A DNA stretch of 64,000 bases from Candidatus Marinacidobacterales bacterium (GTDB taxonomy: Bacteria > Acidobacteriota > Vicinamibacteria > Marinacidobacterales > DATDRI01). Positions 29,723 to 38,454 of the stretch are shown here, one piece after another. The notes below the pieces were generated by a model, which was not told the DNA's origin, ran no database searches, and saw nothing but the letters and a program-made list of their open reading frames with translations. Each line of letters begins with the position of its first letter. The stretch's first letter is position 1. Location: positions 1,088,001-1,152,000 of the forward strand of contig CBDCNP010000002.1 of NCBI GenBank assembly GCA_965219415.1, written 5' to 3'. The position numbers and the translations under genes are program-made.

Positions 29723-31051
29723 CTACTTAATCCCGTTCAGATAGTCATTGACGACATTTTCCAGAGCTTCCTGTCTCCCACTCACGCGCGGTGGTTCCCC
29801 TTCGGACCGCGCCCATTCTTCCAGATCCGGCAAAGACGTCGACCGTTTCAGGATCTTCTGTCCCATCGCCGTATCGCGGTAGCCCGCGTAACGTTCCTTG
29901 AGTGGCTTGCTGAGCGCGCCGTCCCGAATGATCTTCTCGGCAACCAAGAGTCCGCGGGCGAACGTATCCATCCCGCCGATGTGTGCATGGAAGAGATCCT
30001 CGGTATCGAAGGAGCCTCGCCGCACCTTCGCGTCGAAGTTGAGACCGCCGTCGGTGAGACCACCTTGTTGCAGGATGATCATCATCGCTAGCGTGGCACT
30101 ATGCAGATCGGTCGGAAATTGATCGGTGTCCCAACCCAAGGTCGGATCCCCCCGATTGATGTCCAGACTGCCGAGGTTTCCCGCTATGGAGGCGACCAGA
30201 AGGTCGTGCTCCCAAGTGTGGCCGGCCAACGTCGCATGGTTACACTCGATGTTGAGCTTGAACCGATCGATGAGATCGAACTCTCTCAAGAAGCCCAACG
30301 TCGTCGCGGCGTCGTAGTCGTATTGGTGGCTGGCGGGCTCTTGGGGCTTCGGCTCGATCAGGAAGGTACCTTTGAACCCCGCGGACTTCCCGTAATCGGC
30401 GGTCATGTGCAAAAACGACGCGAGTTGTTCGCGCTCTTGTTTCAGATCGGTATTGAGGAGCGTCGAATATCCTTCCCTTCCACCCCAGAGCACATAGGCG
30501 CTACCGCCTAGCTCCACGGTGGCGTCGATGGCGCGCCGCACCTGCGTGGCGGCGTGGGCCAGCACCACGGGGTCGGGATTGGTTGCCGCCCCGTGCGTGT
30601 AGCGAGGGTGGCTAAAGAGGTTGGCAGTCCCCCAAAGGAGCTTGACGCCGGTCTCGCGCTGCAGCTCGCCTGCCTTCTTGACCAGACGGTCCAGATTCGA
30701 CTGTGTTTCGGAGAAGCTCGCTCCTTCCGGTGCGATATCCCGATCGTGAAAACAGTAGAATCGCACGCCGAGCTTGCGAAAGAACTCGAAGGCGGCATCC
30801 ATCGTGGACTCCGCCCCTTCCATTGGGTTCGACTCCGTCCCCCAAGGCCGTTCGAAGCTCGCTCCACCAAAAGGATCGGACCCGGTCCCTCTGAAGGTGT
30901 GCCAAAAGCAGACCGCGTACCTGAGATGATCGGACATGCGTTGGCCGGCGACCTCACGGTCCGCGTCGTAGTAGCGAAAAGCAAGCGGATTCTTGGAGTC
31001 CGGGCCTTCGAACGGGACGGGTTTCTCAAGCTCTGAAAAGTAGGTTTTCAT
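29723..31051 (-). CDS. xylA: Xylose isomerase (class II)
   Basis: FWHTF, FHDRD, WGGREGY, EPKP, NIECNHATLAGH, GWDTDQFP, NFDAK. Confidence 0.97.
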   Translation of the reverse strand: MKTYFSELEKPVPFEGPDSKNPLAFRYYDADREVAGQRMSDHLRYAVCFWHTFRGTGSDPFGGASFERPWGTESNPMEGAESTMDAAFEFFRKLGVRFYCFHDRDIAPEGASFSETQSNLDRLVKKAGELQRETGVKLLWGTANLFSHPRYTHGAATNPDPVVLAHAATQVRRAIDATVELGGSAYVLWGGREGYSTLLNTDLKQEREQLASFLHMTADYGKSAGFKGTFLIEPKPQEPASHQYDYDAATTLGFLREFDLIDRFKLNIECNHATLAGHTWEHDLLVASIAGNLGSLDINRGDPTLGWDTDQFPTDLHSATLAMMIILQQGGLTDGGLNFDAKVRRGSFDTEDLFHAHIGGMDTFARGLLVAEKIIRDGALSKPLKERYAGYRDTAMGQKILKRSTSLPDLEEWARSEGEPPRVSGRQEALENVVNDYLNGIK

Positions 31052-31163
31052 GATGATTCTGACCTCCTCTCGGTCAGCAGTGAATAGATCCTATAATGAC
31101 ATACTAGAAGATTCAGTACGGCCAGCGAGGAAGGATTGGCCGAAGAAAGTCGGAGAGTAAGTC

Positions 31164-31360
31164 GTGATTGGCATGCTAAAGAAGCTCCTCGCCTCGCTGG
31201 GCCAGAAGAAGCGGCATCACGACCTCGACTCGTTCTTCGGGAGCTGGACCGCGGAAGAAGCTGCGGAGATCGACAAAGCCATTGCCGAGCAGCGTCGCCC
31301 GAATCCGAAGCCCTGGCACATTGAAAGTCCTTCTCGCTAGCTCCGGTTACTTTACTCGCT
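31164..31360 (+). pseudogene. Decayed type II toxin-antitoxin (vapBC-like) remnant
   Basis: 31164-31340 encodes ...KKRHHDLDSFFGSWTAEEAAEIDKAIAEQRRPNPKPW, like the C-terminus of PIN-associated antitoxins. TTG at 31321 gives MKVLLASSGY, resembling a PIN start (MKVLLDT..Y) without the catalytic Asp. Confidence 0.5.
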
Positions 31361-31437
31361 GTTACGATCCCTGACCTCTCGCGCAGTCGGCCGCTCGCAG
31401 ACAAGAGAGCCGAGAGACTTACCAAGAAGGACCTAGT

Positions 31438-31471
31438 CCGGACAAGCGAAGCCGGTGGCTCGCTTGCCCGG
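31438..31471. terminator. Hairpin downstream of cimA
   Basis: ccggacaagcgaagcc-ggt-ggctcgcttgcccgg imperfect inverted repeat. Confidence 0.4.
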
Positions 31472-31518
31472 GCAAGATTTCCTCCTTGCTACGGTGGGGC
31501 CGGTATCCGTAGGCTGCC

Positions 31519-33132
31519 CTAGCTCGCCTTGCCCTTCACGACCGCGGTGGCGCTTTGCTCCGGCGACGTGGCGCGCACAAGAGCGAGCTCGAAGCTATCG
31601 AGAAGTGCCTGGGAGCTTGCTTCGATGATGTTCTCCGAGCAACCGACGGTGCTCCAACGATCGATGCCCCGACTCGCCTCGATGAGAACTCTGGTCGTCG
31701 CCTGCGTCGCTTTTTCGGAATCGAGAATTCTTACCTTGTAATCGACCAATCTCATCTCCTCCAACTCCGGATAGCGGGGCACGAGCGCCTTGCGGATTGC
31801 CCTGTCGAGTGCGTGAACCGGACCGACTGCCTCGGCCGACGTCAGCATCACTTCGTCGTCCACGCGAAGCGCCACCGTGACCTCGCTCTGCATGATGGCG
31901 CCACTCTCCGCAGCGGCGAACACGACCACGTTGAGCAATTCGAACGGGCGCCGGTAGTCGTCCTGGGTGCGCCGGATAAGCAGTTCGAGCGAACCCTCCG
32001 CCGCCTCGAATTGAAAACCGCGGCTCTCGAGCTCCTTGATCCTTTTCAAGAGGGCCTGCTCGTTGCCTTGGACCCGGAGCCCGAGATCCGCCGCGCCGAC
32101 GCGCAGGTTCGCACAGCCGGAAAGCTCCGAAACCACGAAGCGACGCCCGTTGCCGACCTGCTCCGGAGGGAGATGTTCGTAGCTCGACTTGACTCGCTCG
32201 ACCGCTGAGCCATGGATACCGCCTTTATGCGCGAAGGCCGAATAGCCGACGTAGGGCGCATAGGGATCGGGGCTCTGGTTCGCTATCTCGGCAACCGTGC
32301 GAGAGAGATCGGTCAGACCCGCGAGGTTATCTTCGGGGACGCAGCTTCGCGCCATCTTGAGTTGCAGGGTGGGAAGCAACGAAACCAGGTTGGTGTTGCC
32401 GCAGCGCTCGCCGTAGCCGTTGATTGTCCCCTGAACTTGAGTACAGCCGGCGTCGACGGCTGCCAAGGCGTTAGCCACCGCAAGCTCACCGTCGTTGTGA
32501 GTGTGAATGCCGAGTGGAGTGGAAACCTGCGTGTGGACTGCGGCAACGACTTCGCCGATCCAGCTCGGGAGGCTGCCTCCGTTGGTGTCGCAAAGGACGA
32601 TCCAATCGGCACCCGCGTCGGCCGCGACCCTGACGGTCTCGAGCGCATACTCGGAGTCGGCTTTGTAACCGTCGAAGAAGTGCTCGGCATCGTAGACGAC
32701 CTCACGGCCATGCGCATTCATCCAGCGCACGCTATCGGCAATCATGGTCAGATTTTCGTCGAGCGTCGTTCTCAAGACATTCGTTACGTGAAGTGTCCAC
32801 GACTTACCAACCAGTGCTACGGTCGGGGTCGCGGCCTCGAGCAAGGCCTGCAGATTGGCGTCTCCGTCGGGTGTCCGGCCCGCCCGTCGTGTACTCCCGA
32901 AGGCCACGACTTTGGCCTGACTGAGGCTCGCCCCTCGCATCCGGCGAAAGAACTCGACGTCTTTGGGGTTCGAACCGGGCCAGCCACCCTCGATGTAGTG
33001 AATACCGAAATCATCCAACAGGCGCGCGATAGTCAGCTTGTCTTCGACGGACAGGCTGATCCCCTCGCCCTGCGTGCCGTCGCGTAAGGTGGTGTCGTAG
33101 AGTCGAACCTGGTTGTCTTTTATTTCAGGCAT
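31519..33132 (-). CDS. cimA: Citramalate synthase (LeuA/CimA family)
   Basis: YDTTLRDGTQGEG, IEGGWPGSNPKD, YDAEHFFDG, HTHND, FAHKGG and C-terminal DYKVRI; GGAG RBS. Confidence 0.92.
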   Translation of the reverse strand: MPEIKDNQVRLYDTTLRDGTQGEGISLSVEDKLTIARLLDDFGIHYIEGGWPGSNPKDVEFFRRMRGASLSQAKVVAFGSTRRAGRTPDGDANLQALLEAATPTVALVGKSWTLHVTNVLRTTLDENLTMIADSVRWMNAHGREVVYDAEHFFDGYKADSEYALETVRVAADAGADWIVLCDTNGGSLPSWIGEVVAAVHTQVSTPLGIHTHNDGELAVANALAAVDAGCTQVQGTINGYGERCGNTNLVSLLPTLQLKMARSCVPEDNLAGLTDLSRTVAEIANQSPDPYAPYVGYSAFAHKGGIHGSAVERVKSSYEHLPPEQVGNGRRFVVSELSGCANLRVGAADLGLRVQGNEQALLKRIKELESRGFQFEAAEGSLELLIRRTQDDYRRPFELLNVVVFAAAESGAIMQSEVTVALRVDDEVMLTSAEAVGPVHALDRAIRKALVPRYPELEEMRLVDYKVRILDSEKATQATTRVLIEASRGIDRWSTVGCSENIIEASSQALLDSFELALVRATSPEQSATAVVKGKAS

Positions 33133-33146
33133 TTTGGTCTCCAAAC

Positions 33147-33188
33147 AAAAAAAAGGCCCCGCACCCCATCGTGGGGTGCGGGGCCTTT
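33147..33188 (-). terminator. Attenuator intrinsic terminator immediately upstream of cimA
   Basis: AAAGGCCCCGCACCCCA-CGA-TGGGGTGCGGGGCC followed by U8, ending about 15 nt before the cimA ATG. Confidence 0.92.
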
Positions 33189-33196
33189 GCTTCCAA

Positions 33197-33310
33197 CTAG
33201 TTGGGTGGCCCGCACCCTTCGGTAATGACGATGATGCTGATGTGCAGGCTACCGAAAATGCGCAAACTTCTAGACCAGACGGCGTTACTCCTGGGCCGTT
33301 GGCCAGTCAT
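33197..33310 (-). CDS. Ile/Val-rich attenuator leader peptide (37 aa)
   Basis: MTGQRPRSNAVWSRSLRIFGSLHISIIVITEGCGPPN*. The control codons ATC AGC ATC ATC GTC ATT lie just before the antiterminator segment GGGTGCGGGCC. Confidence 0.85.
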   Translation of the reverse strand: MTGQRPRSNAVWSRSLRIFGSLHISIIVITEGCGPPN

Positions 33311-33316
33311 GACTCG

Positions 33317-33345
33317 AGCCTACCGGGCGCGAGACGACCTGTCAA
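33317..33345 (-). promoter_or_regulatory. Sigma70 promoter TTGACA-N17-TAGGCT, positioned for leaderless transcription of the leader peptide
   Basis: -35 at 33345-33340, -10 at 33322-33317, and 6 nt between the -10 and the ATG at 33310. Confidence 0.8.
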
Positions 33346-33353
33346 ATCTTTCT

Positions 33354-33641
33354 CTATTCGTCCCCAGATCCTGAGGAATCGGAGGCGTCCGGTGGGCAGC
33401 ACCGTTCCAAATCCATTCCGACGCGAGTCACGACCGTTGGCACCGTGATCCCGACCACTGCAGAGGCGATGGCCAGGATCCCGCCAGCCAACAGGCCGGT
33501 TATGACCATCGCCACTTTTGCACCGCTCGATAGATCTCCACCATATGCTAAGACCACCCATGGCAACCCTAGCGAGATGGCGACCCCTCCCAGAACTCCG
33601 AGTGCGGCCAGCCAACGTGGAAAACGCATCTCATTCATCAT
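33354..33641 (-). CDS. Small two-TM membrane protein downstream of the ECF sigma factor
   Basis: AAGGAG RBS, two hydrophobic helices, overlap with the sigma stop. Confidence 0.6.
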   Translation of the reverse strand: MMNEMRFPRWLAALGVLGGVAISLGLPWVVLAYGGDLSSGAKVAMVITGLLAGGILAIASAVVGITVPTVVTRVGMDLERCCPPDASDSSGSGDE

Positions 33642-34126
33642 GCTCTCCTTTTTCTGCAGCAGGCCGGAGCAACCGCTGCAAGTTAGCCAACGCATAGCGG
33701 CTTCGGCTGGCCGCGGTGTTCATCGAAATCGACAAACTCTTGCCGATCTCGGCGAACGTAAGACCCAGGTAGAACCTCAGCCGGATGACCGACTGTTGGG
33801 CCGGGGGAAGTCCCTCCAGGGCCTGCTCGACTTCAAATGCGTCGAGCCGGTTCTCCACTCTCAGCTCGGGCACCGAATCCAACGAAACGATCGCCCGACG
33901 CCGAGACCGGCGCTTCACGGCATTACAGTCCACCGCCCGAGAGATGTAGGCGTCGAGACGCCGGATATCCCGTTTCTGTGCCAACACCGCCAAAAGCGTT
34001 TCCCTGGACCACGTCTTCTGCTTCCTCGTGGCTGCGCAGGATCCGGAAGGCCTGCCTCACCCAACGGCTGCGCCGGCCTCGAACCCATTGCGCGAGCCCA
34101 TCGCCGTGTAGCTCCAAATCCGTCAC
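33631..34126 (-). pseudogene. ECF sigma-70 factor split by a +1 frameshift (possibly a sequencing error)
   Basis: EEAEDVVQ in one frame; ETLLAV...LPPAQQSVIRLRFYLGLTFAEIG...TAASRSRYA in another. The extra base is in ccc at 34002-34004. Confidence 0.8.
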
Positions 34127-34264
34127 CTATGGGCCTCTATATATATAGATCCGCGGCCCGGCGGTTTTTGTCTAACCGTAGAAGAATTTTTTCGACCGGA
34201 GCGGACGGTCCGCCTTGTCAGGTCCGGGCAAGCAACGTGGGTTGGAAGGCAAGTTTAGGGGTCA

Positions 34265-35236
34265 TCAATTCTCTACGTTCCGGGATTCACTTTTGCGGTG
34301 AATGCAATCCGCCAATAGGCAGAGCTCTTCAAACATGATGTTCGCAGCCACCAAAGCTGTGTTGCCGGTTGGATCCAAGGGAGGTGCGATTTCATTGATA
34401 TCGGCGCCGATCAGACTCAACCCATACATCCCTCTTAGCAACAACTGGGCATCGCGCGTCGTTAGACCGCCTATCTCCAGGCCGCCGGTTCCCGGCGCAT
34501 AGGCCGGGTCCAACACATCCATGTCGAACGTCAGGTAAACGGGTTCGTCGGCGAGAATACTGCGAGCCTTCTCGATCACTTTCTCGACACCCAGCTCAAA
34601 AAAGTCGTCGGTGCTAATAATGGTTACGCCTTGCTCATACGCCCAGTCATGCTCGCCGGCTTCAAACAGTGTGCCGCGAATACCAATCTGTACCGCACGC
34701 CGTGGGTCAATCAATCTTTCTTCAATTGCACGTCGAAACGGCGTGCCATTGGCAAATTCTTTCCCGAGCATGCGATCCATGGTGTCTGAATGCGCGTCAA
34801 TCTGAAGTAGGCCAACCGGACGATCTTTGGCCACTGCACGTAGCACCGGTAGTGAAATCGTATGGTCACCACCAACCGCCAGTGGCACAGCACCGTTTGC
34901 GACAATGTCCTCAAAGAAAGCTTGAATACTCTCGAGGCTAGCTTCAATATCCAACGAATTTACTGGCGCATCACCCACATCAGCAATCTTACAAAGCTCG
35001 AACGGCGCAACTTTGGTGCTGTAATTGAGTTGTTTGATCAGGCGGGACATTTCACGGACTTGTGCGGGTCCGTGCCGGGCTCCAGAGCGAAAGGATGAAC
35101 CTAAGTCAAAAGGTACGCCGGCCAGGGCGATATCGAGCCCCGCAGCATTCGCTTTTTGGACGGCCCGGAGAAACGTGGCGACATTGGCAAACCGCGGGAC
35201 TCGATTGACATCGTGCTGACCATGCTCGCCGGCCAC
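34265..35236 (-). CDS. speB: Agmatinase/ureohydrolase-family enzyme
   Basis: GVPFD, GARHGP, GGDHTIS, DAHSD, DMDVLDP and PGTG motifs. The GTG start overlaps the upstream TAG. The substrate is not established. Confidence 0.82.
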   Translation of the reverse strand: MAGEHGQHDVNRVPRFANVATFLRAVQKANAAGLDIALAGVPFDLGSSFRSGARHGPAQVREMSRLIKQLNYSTKVAPFELCKIADVGDAPVNSLDIEASLESIQAFFEDIVANGAVPLAVGGDHTISLPVLRAVAKDRPVGLLQIDAHSDTMDRMLGKEFANGTPFRRAIEERLIDPRRAVQIGIRGTLFEAGEHDWAYEQGVTIISTDDFFELGVEKVIEKARSILADEPVYLTFDMDVLDPAYAPGTGGLEIGGLTTRDAQLLLRGMYGLSLIGADINEIAPPLDPTGNTALVAANIMFEELCLLADCIHRKSESRNVEN

Positions 35237-38200
35237 TAGTTCGCGTCCTGGGGATCTTTCCCCTGCCAGTATGTCTTGGGGAGTTTTCGCTGGACGGGCC
35301 ACAGCATGTCGAGCGTGTCGGCGTCGTAGAGCAGTCCGTTCTTCATCACGTAGCGGAGCGATGTCGTGTTCTGGATATCTTCCAGAGGATCCTTGTCCAG
35401 CACCACCAGGTCCGCCAACTTCCCTTCCGAGATCGATCCGAGATCCTGCTCGAATCCAATACCCTGGGCTCCGAAGATGGTTGCCGCCTTGAGCGCGTCC
35501 ATTTCCTTCATGCCGCCCGATTGGATATTCCAGAGCTCCCAATGAAACGAGATGCCCTGCATCTCCCCGTGGCTGCCAACCGTCACTTTGCCGCCGGCCT
35601 CGACGATCTTCTTCAAGTCCTTCGCGTGCTCCTCATAGTAGAACTCCCCGTCGTGAAACCAAGGTAGGCGCCTCGTGGCGCGATCCAACAAGTCGTGAGG
35701 CGTGAAACGCCGGACCTTCGGATCATCGTGAACGTCGGTTCGGGTCCACCAGTAGTACTCGGGCCGGGGACCGGTGCTGACAATCAGCGTAGGATCGTAG
35801 AATGTGCCCGACTGCGCGACGAGCTCGACCACATCCTTGGACAATGGGAAATGAGGCAGCAGATGCTCGAGCGAGTAGCCATCCATCACCTGCGTGATCA
35901 TCGTCTTCATATCGATGCCTTCGGTAGTCGGGGTCGCGCGGAGCCGGCGTGACGCCATGCTCATCCATTGCCGCACGGTGCGGTCGCCGGTGAGGTACAT
36001 CTTGATCGTGTTGTGACCATAGTACTGGCGGTAACGCTCAACGACTCGGACTGCATCTTCTAGAGACCGGATGCCATTATCGGCAAGAATGGGAGGTCCG
36101 GTGGAAAAGATCCGTGGCCCCAAGAAATCCCCCATCTCGACCAGACAGCTGTACGTGAGATTGTCGGTCGGATCGGCGGCGTTTCTCGTCGTTGTGACAC
36201 CGAAAGCGAGGTAGTTGAGATAGTCCCACGCCATGTTGCGATGCATGCCGCGCTCCGCGCGCAGGTGGGCGTGGAGATCCACGAAGCCCGGAAGGATGGT
36301 CTTGCCGGCGATATCGATTTCTCGAGCACCGGTTGGAGTCTCGATCTCCGTGCTCGGCCCGACCCGCTGGATACGGTTGTCGACCACCACCACCGCACCG
36401 TTCTCGATGATGCCATCGGCTGCTCGGCCAGGCTCCATCGTTAGCAAGCGACCGCCACGGAGAACGATGGTTCCCTCGCCTTTGAAGCGAGGAAACTGTA
36501 ACTCGACTCGCGACTCTTTCGGTTCATAGTCGGTGCCCCCAACAGCACCGGCGAATCGATACTGAAAGAGCGTGCTGCCGAGCGACCACGTCGCTTCCGC
36601 GCCTGCGGCACCCCAGCTCATGAACTCGGCACCCAAGACGCTCAGCTTCTCAATCGATGGATCGTCCGATTGCACCGAGACCGTCTGTTCCTCATCCTCT
36701 TCTGACAGCGCGACCCGATACACGTTCCAATCCGCATAAACCAAGGCGTGCCTGCCATCGGGCCCCATGACCACTTGCTCGGCGGGCTGCGGCCCACCCG
36801 GGCCAAGAGGCGGTCGCATTCCCGTGACACGCAAATGAGCGCGACGGTCGTTGCCATCCAACCCGATCGACACCAGACCCTCCTCACCTTCGTAAACGTA
36901 GAACCGGTCGTCGCTCGGACCGAAATGAGGGCGCGAGCCCGAGACGGGTGCCACCGCCGTTGCTTCTCCGCCGCTAGCCGGGATCCGAACCCACTCCATG
37001 TTCTCGCCGCGTTGCTGCCAGGGTCCCTTGGCGACGAGAATTTCTTGATCCCCAGGCACCCAGACCGGATCGGTATAGAACGCACTGACCCCACTCAATC
37101 GCTCCAACGAGCTGCCATCGGAAGCCACTTTGAGAAGCTCCCCTCCCTCGAAATCAGACCAGCTCACAAACGCGATCCACCGGCCGTCGTGGCTCCAGGT
37201 CGGCGCCGCCTGGACGTCTTTCATCTCCGCTATCCGATCGATGCGACCGCTGGCTAGATCCATGACATAGAGGCGGTGCACCGCGGTGAATACCAACTTC
37301 GCGCCATCGGGAGAGACCGAGGGCCATCGGATCTGTCGGAGCTCGATCGGCCCATCGGGAACGCGCTCCTTGAAGTGAATGACGGGTTCGATATCGAGCG
37401 CGACGTCTACCTCGAAAGGGATCTCGGTCCTTTGGCCCGATGGAGCGTCAATTCGATAGATCTTTCCATCAATCGACGTAATGATGGCTTCGCTATCCGG
37501 AGTAAAGGCGTAGGCAGGCATATGGTCCGAAGAAGTTCCCATCCAAGTGTTCTCTTGAAGATCGTGTTGCACTGGGAAGCTCAGCCACTCTTCGGTGCCG
37601 TTAGCTAGCCGGCGCAAGCGGTAACCAGTCTGACCGTCGTGCCTGGATGCATAGACCATGAAACGACCGTCGGGCGAGAGAGCCGGCCTCACCGCACCGC
37701 CTACCCGGCCAACGACCGGCCGCATTTCACCCGTCTCCAGATCGTAGCGGTCGATCCGATGCCCGAAGGCATCGTCGTCGTAGCCTCCCGGTTCGCGGTG
37801 CGCCATGTACAAGTAGCCATCCGGACCAAAGGCCGATCCCATGCCGTATATCGGTGCGCCATTGGCCGATAACTCGACGCCGTCCTCGCCGTCCAAGAGA
37901 TGGATCCACAAAGTGTGATTGGCGTCGATCCAGGTGAACCGATCGGTTTTCGATGCCCCCACGTACTTCCCATCTGGGCTCCACGCGGGCGACGCGTAGG
38001 AAGCGTCCTTGCCCCGGGTGACCGCATATAGTCCCGATGCGGTGGACGCTTCGGTCGAGTCGTCGATGGACTTGTCGAGCTCGACCGTCCAAAGATTCTC
38101 CGAGCCGCTTCGGTCGCTTACGAAGAGAATCCGGTCGCCATCGGGAGAAAAACGTGGCTGCGTGTCGAGAGCCATCCCGCTGGTGATCCTTTGCGCTTTT

Positions 38201-38421
38201 CCACCCGTAATGGGCAGGATGTAGAGATCTCCGAGAACCTCGAACACGATCGTGCGGCCGTCGGGAGACACGTCTAGTGACATCCAAGTCACTTCGTCGG
38301 TGGTGAACTCGATCCGCTGTGAGGGTTTCAAGGGGAGCGGCTCATCGCCCGAGCCCTGGAGTGGAATCGCCGGGGCGGTTGCTGCGACGAGAATCGAAAT
38401 CAAGCAAAAATTGGAGGGCAC
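35236..38421 (-). CDS. Secreted amidohydrolase with N-terminal TolB/PD40 beta-propeller
   Basis: WMSLDVSPDG and SPDG repeats; PGFVDLHAH, GVTT, GKLADLVVL. Confidence 0.9.
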   Translation of the reverse strand: MPSNFCLISILVAATAPAIPLQGSGDEPLPLKPSQRIEFTTDEVTWMSLDVSPDGRTIVFEVLGDLYILPITGGKAQRITSGMALDTQPRFSPDGDRILFVSDRSGSENLWTVELDKSIDDSTEASTASGLYAVTRGKDASYASPAWSPDGKYVGASKTDRFTWIDANHTLWIHLLDGEDGVELSANGAPIYGMGSAFGPDGYLYMAHREPGGYDDDAFGHRIDRYDLETGEMRPVVGRVGGAVRPALSPDGRFMVYASRHDGQTGYRLRRLANGTEEWLSFPVQHDLQENTWMGTSSDHMPAYAFTPDSEAIITSIDGKIYRIDAPSGQRTEIPFEVDVALDIEPVIHFKERVPDGPIELRQIRWPSVSPDGAKLVFTAVHRLYVMDLASGRIDRIAEMKDVQAAPTWSHDGRWIAFVSWSDFEGGELLKVASDGSSLERLSGVSAFYTDPVWVPGDQEILVAKGPWQQRGENMEWVRIPASGGEATAVAPVSGSRPHFGPSDDRFYVYEGEEGLVSIGLDGNDRRAHLRVTGMRPPLGPGGPQPAEQVVMGPDGRHALVYADWNVYRVALSEEDEEQTVSVQSDDPSIEKLSVLGAEFMSWGAAGAEATWSLGSTLFQYRFAGAVGGTDYEPKESRVELQFPRFKGEGTIVLRGGRLLTMEPGRAADGIIENGAVVVVDNRIQRVGPSTEIETPTGAREIDIAGKTILPGFVDLHAHLRAERGMHRNMAWDYLNYLAFGVTTTRNAADPTDNLTYSCLVEMGDFLGPRIFSTGPPILADNGIRSLEDAVRVVERYRQYYGHNTIKMYLTGDRTVRQWMSMASRRLRATPTTEGIDMKTMITQVMDGYSLEHLLPHFPLSKDVVELVAQSGTFYDPTLIVSTGPRPEYYWWTRTDVHDDPKVRRFTPHDLLDRATRRLPWFHDGEFYYEEHAKDLKKIVEAGGKVTVGSHGEMQGISFHWELWNIQSGGMKEMDALKAATIFGAQGIGFEQDLGSISEGKLADLVVLDKDPLEDIQNTTSLRYVMKNGLLYDADTLDMLWPVQRKLPKTYWQGKDPQDAN

Positions 38422-38454
38422 TGGGACTAGATCCTTTCCGCTCCAAGCTCGAGC

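Noticed and set aside
33140-33345. T-box or riboswitch upstream of cimA
   Set aside because: There is no T-box consensus, and the leader-peptide model explains all elements.
35237-35542. Extended N-terminus of the agmatinase ORF (also the 5' extensions of 46536, 54877, 55028, 59086)
   Set aside because: They overlap neighbouring genes; downstream starts with an RBS or stop/start coupling fit better.
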